Positions 60,927 through 64,000 of a stretch of DNA of 64,000 bases are shown here, piece after piece; within the stretch, counting starts at the first letter, position 1; each line of letters begins with the position of its first letter. The translations under genes and the position numbers were made by a program. Where the stretch lies: NCBI GenBank assembly GCA_963662275.1, contig OY759316.1:1824001-1888000 (forward strand). The letters are read 5' to 3'. The notes beneath the pieces are model-generated. The model searched no databases. It was not told the origin of the DNA and saw nothing but the letters and a program-made list of their open reading frames with translations. This DNA is from Candidatus Cloacimonadales bacterium (GTDB taxonomy: Bacteria > Cloacimonadota > Cloacimonadia > Cloacimonadales > DAONDQ01).

Positions 60927-62090
60927 TTAATCCTGACCTAAGGCTTCATGCATTTGATCTTTAATGAATTTCTGAATCTCTTCAGGCTTGGGAAGTTCAA
61001 GCAGGTATTGCGAAACAAAGAGTTGGTTATCCATGCCTGCTAAGGCATATTCGACTAAGATGTCATCTTTTTCGGTGCAGAGCAGTATCCCGATGGGGGC
61101 ATTATCTCCATCAATAATTATATTCTTGCGATACCAACTTACGTATGTATTCAGTTGTCCAATATGCTCGTGATTAAATTCGGACAGCTTGAGTTCAACT
61201 AAGATATGGCATTTCAGGATACGGTGATAAAAGACCAAATCAATAAAATATTGGGTATTACCGATTAAAATTCGCTTTTGTCTGGATTCGAAACAAAAAC
61301 CATGTCCCAGTTCAAGTAGAAAGTCCTGTAGTTTATCCAGCAGTTGGTCTTCAAGATGAGATTCGCTCATAACTTCCCGAGGCTTCAGACCAAGGAACTC
61401 AAATACATAAGGGTCTTTCACTGTAAGGGCAGGGTTGTATAGGTCAGCATTTTGCTTACTTTGTTTTGCTAATTCACTTTTATCTATCGAGAGTCCTGTA
61501 CGCTCATAGTATAGAGAAGCAATCTGACGGCGAAGCTGCCTCACAGACCAGTTTCCCCTGATGCATTCAAACTCATAAAAAGATCGTTTTAGAGTGTCCT
61601 CAATATTCAAAAATTCACTGATATGCGAAAAAGACAACTTAGTAACCAATTGCCTTACATCAATCTGTAATTGTGGAGACACTGTCTCCACAATCAGACT
61701 TGCGTGCTTTTCGATCAGTGACAATTGATTATTTACATACCCGGTTGTATCAGAGATGTTGATTTGGGCGAGCAATTGTGGAGACAGCGTCTCCACAATT
61801 TGAGGATAAGTCTTAAAAAATTGGTAATAACGGTAAAGCTCACGTTTATCCGTGCGGAGTACCATCTGAGATTTTAGTTCAACGGCAAGACGCTCTATTA
61901 GTTTCTCGCCATATTCTGCCCGGTCTGTGCCTTTAATCTCAAATTCAGCTATATAATACCCTATTAACCAATTCCTGAGTGTAAGTGCTACATTTACAGA
62001 TTGAGTAGCCTGATGTTTTAGATCATTATGAATCGTCTGTATCGCAGTAACAAGAGCTGTAAAAGTCAGTTCAGAAGTATTTGTTTGCAT
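60927..62090 (-). CDS. DUF1016/YhcG PD-(D/E)xK nuclease-domain protein
   Basis: 'WLIGYYI', 'WSVRQL', 'KDPYVFEFL', 'LLELGHGF', 'IDLVFYHRIL', 'VELK', 'GQLNTY', 'IGILLC'. Confidence 0.92.
   Translation of the reverse strand: MQTNTSELTFTALVTAIQTIHNDLKHQATQSVNVALTLRNWLIGYYIAEFEIKGTDRAEYGEKLIERLAVELKSQMVLRTDKRELYRYYQFFKTYPQIVETLSPQLLAQINISDTTGYVNNQLSLIEKHASLIVETVSPQLQIDVRQLVTKLSFSHISEFLNIEDTLKRSFYEFECIRGNWSVRQLRRQIASLYYERTGLSIDKSELAKQSKQNADLYNPALTVKDPYVFEFLGLKPREVMSESHLEDQLLDKLQDFLLELGHGFCFESRQKRILIGNTQYFIDLVFYHRILKCHILVELKLSEFNHEHIGQLNTYVSWYRKNIIIDGDNAPIGILLCTEKDDILVEYALAGMDNQLFVSQYLLELPKPEEIQKFIKDQMHEALGQD
61670..61800. repeat. two perfect palindromes inside DUF1016
   Basis: ATTGTGGAGAC-ACT-GTCTCCACAAT (61670-61694) and AATTGTGGAGAC-AGC-GTCTCCACAATT (61774-61800). 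Confidence 0.9.
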
Positions 62091-62098
62091 ACCTTACC

Positions 62099-64000
62099 CT
62101 ACAATTTAATGCTATTGCCGTCATTGATTGCGTCAAGATAAGCTTTCTTGACCGCTTCGATATACTGATTCAACTCTTCTATATTATTGATATCTGTCTT
62201 GTGATATGCTATTGGAATATCAATTCTATCGATTCTTTTACTTTTTTCCTTTACCACATCATTAATAGGTTCTTTGGAACCCTTTAATTGTATCAAGATT
62301 AGAGGATAATCAACTTCTTCAAACCTACGGATCAAATCCTTGATTACGGCTATTATTGTTGCAGATGAGATGCTGGTTTGTACGGATAGGATGGTGCTAT
62401 CAATAGAGGCTTTAATCTCATCAGATGCTACTTGAAATTGCTCAGACGTTGTTATCTCTTCTGACCTGTGAGTTAAAGCATTCAAAGCTTTATTCTTTTC
62501 CGTTTCAACTATCCTGCTGAGTTTATCCTGCAAAATATCAAGCAGTGGTTTCAACTGCTGCATCCGATTACCTTTGTAGCACTCAGAATCTGTGAAACCA
62601 CTCTTGAGTCGATTAATGTCGTCATGATTCAAGTAGGCAAGATTTGACTCCTGCTCACTCAGGAACATTCTGATTGAATCATAAATGCTCTTTTGATTGC
62701 CGGACATGAAGGCTAATATCGGGTCAATGATCTCTGCCTTGATTTGCACAAACTCATCATCATGTTTAACGAAATCAGAATAAAACCAATTGTAGGGTTT
62801 ACCTTTGGCTTCTTTGAATCTCTCTGTAATGGGAGCTAAGTCTTGCGTAAAAGAATAGATTGCTTTCTGCTGAATTAGCTTCTCCAGCTTTTCTGTATGC
62901 TGTGCAAGTGTCTCACCTGTTTCTTTGGCAAGAGCCTTGACATCATTACCGGATGGAGGAGCGTCAAAGAGATTATTGTATAGGTCTTTTAATCTGCGTA
63001 CCTGAGAAGGAGTATATTCCTGCTGAGGTTGCAGAATCATACTTGAATGTTTGGCAGTGTTCTTGAGAGCTTTATCGAGCAAGCTGTTTTCTAAAAGCAC
63101 TCCATCGGCATAGACTTCCACTTTGCCGTTTGAGTAAAGCTTGGCAATCTGGCACAAAATAGCATAGAAACCCCATCCATAGGGCTTGTGACTAAACTTA
63201 TCCATTACATCATTCAAAGTGGTGCGTTTGGCGATTCGGCTATTTGCTGTGATGTGAGAAAAAACTTCCTGCTCAGCTTCAGTTAATTGAGCTGCATAAT
63301 CTGCCGTTATTTGACTGGTATCCAGATACCTAATGATATCTTGTTCAGAATATGATACTCCCTTAAGCATCCTTAAATTGGGATATACTTTGCTGACTAC
63401 TGTTTGAAACCCTTGCACAATACGGGTATTGGCATCCTTAACATCGATATCAAGTGCATCTCCACCTGCATAGAGCTTTGCTTCTATAATCAGCTCTGTT
63501 AATCTGGTTTTGATAATCAGTGCTCTATCTTTATTCTGGTGCTGTTTCTCAGATAGAATCTTCCGGGTGGATTCGTTTTGCATCGATGAATAGGTTTGTT
63601 GGAAGCATTTCTCGGTTTTGATATACATTCCCAAGTCATCCCAAAATCTCTTATCAGCAGGTATGACTACAGTGAGTTCAGGTTTTCCCAATGAATGAGC
63701 TATTAGCTGCTTATCATTTTCCAAGTCATAGAACTCATAAGACGGAGTAACAACATGAATAGTAATTTCGTGTTCTTTCCCAGATTGCTTATAGTCAATC
63801 CTCCGGGTAAACTGGAAATCCTGCTTGTTCTCTTCATAGCGGATTTTAAGAGATTTCACAATCTGTCCACTCGAGAAAAGCACTTTATCAAGCTCATCAA
63901 ACAAAGCCATGTTATCAATCTGAGTATTCTTTATCTCCTGTTCCACGTTCTTTTCTTCATTGGTCAAAAACTCATATAGCTCTCCATTCCTTTGAATGTA
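62099..64000 (-). CDS. brxC: BREX ATPase BrxC, C-terminal part (gene continues beyond the window)
   Basis: frame open to the edge: 'YIQRNGELYEFLTNEEK.VEQEIK', 'FSHKPYGW'; upstream of pglX-pglZ-brxL. Confidence 0.85.
   Translation of the reverse strand, partial: YIQRNGELYEFLTNEEKNVEQEIKNTQIDNMALFDELDKVLFSSGQIVKSLKIRYEENKQDFQFTRRIDYKQSGKEHEITIHVVTPSYEFYDLENDKQLIAHSLGKPELTVVIPADKRFWDDLGMYIKTEKCFQQTYSSMQNESTRKILSEKQHQNKDRALIIKTRLTELIIEAKLYAGGDALDIDVKDANTRIVQGFQTVVSKVYPNLRMLKGVSYSEQDIIRYLDTSQITADYAAQLTEAEQEVFSHITANSRIAKRTTLNDVMDKFSHKPYGWGFYAILCQIAKLYSNGKVEVYADGVLLENSLLDKALKNTAKHSSMILQPQQEYTPSQVRRLKDLYNNLFDAPPSGNDVKALAKETGETLAQHTEKLEKLIQQKAIYSFTQDLAPITERFKEAKGKPYNWFYSDFVKHDDEFVQIKAEIIDPILAFMSGNQKSIYDSIRMFLSEQESNLAYLNHDDINRLKSGFTDSECYKGNRMQQLKPLLDILQDKLSRIVETEKNKALNALTHRSEEITTSEQFQVASDEIKASIDSTILSVQTSISSATIIAVIKDLIRRFEEVDYPLILIQLKGSKEPINDVVKEKSKRIDRIDIPIAYHKTDINNIEELNQYIEAVKKAYLDAINDGNSIKL

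Noticed and set aside
1..64000. tRNA or rRNA genes
   Set aside because: None recognised by eye; tRNAscan-SE and Rfam were not run.

Overview
AT-rich bacterial window. The many secreted proteins ending in a 'YPNP(F)NP...(I/F)NI(R/K)GQ' FlgD/T9SS-like sorting domain suggest Cloacimonadota or a related FCB lineage (inference). Housekeeping or host genes: TPR lipoprotein, DUF58, uvrB, hflX, an MgtE-N/CBS plus Nramp pair, and a cluster of large secreted proteins. Two accessory regions interrupt them. (1) About 6-19 kb, between repeat-rich intergenic flanks: PLD-SNF2 helicase, a frameshifted Eco57I/Type IIG-like N6 methyltransferase, an HExxH protein and a toxin-antitoxin-SecB (TAC) triplet. (2) From about 35.4 kb to the right edge: a Mu/Tn7-superfamily element (candidate TGT end at 35440, DDE transposase, AAA+ ATPase, tandem-HTH protein, motif array), a frameshifted TOTE-type primase-helicase, sbcCD, and a BREX-1-like operon (brxC, DUF1016, pglX, pglZ, brxL with a MIT_C/PLD-like tail instead of Lon). 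The BREX operon runs directly into a four-gene module: unknown protein, two DUF2791/BrxD-like ATPases and an Lhr-like helicase. The best candidates for undescribed biology are that extended BREX operon, the three-gene transposon, the TAC locus and a leader-peptide attenuator in front of the Mg/Nramp operon. All family assignments come from motif reading by eye, not database searches.
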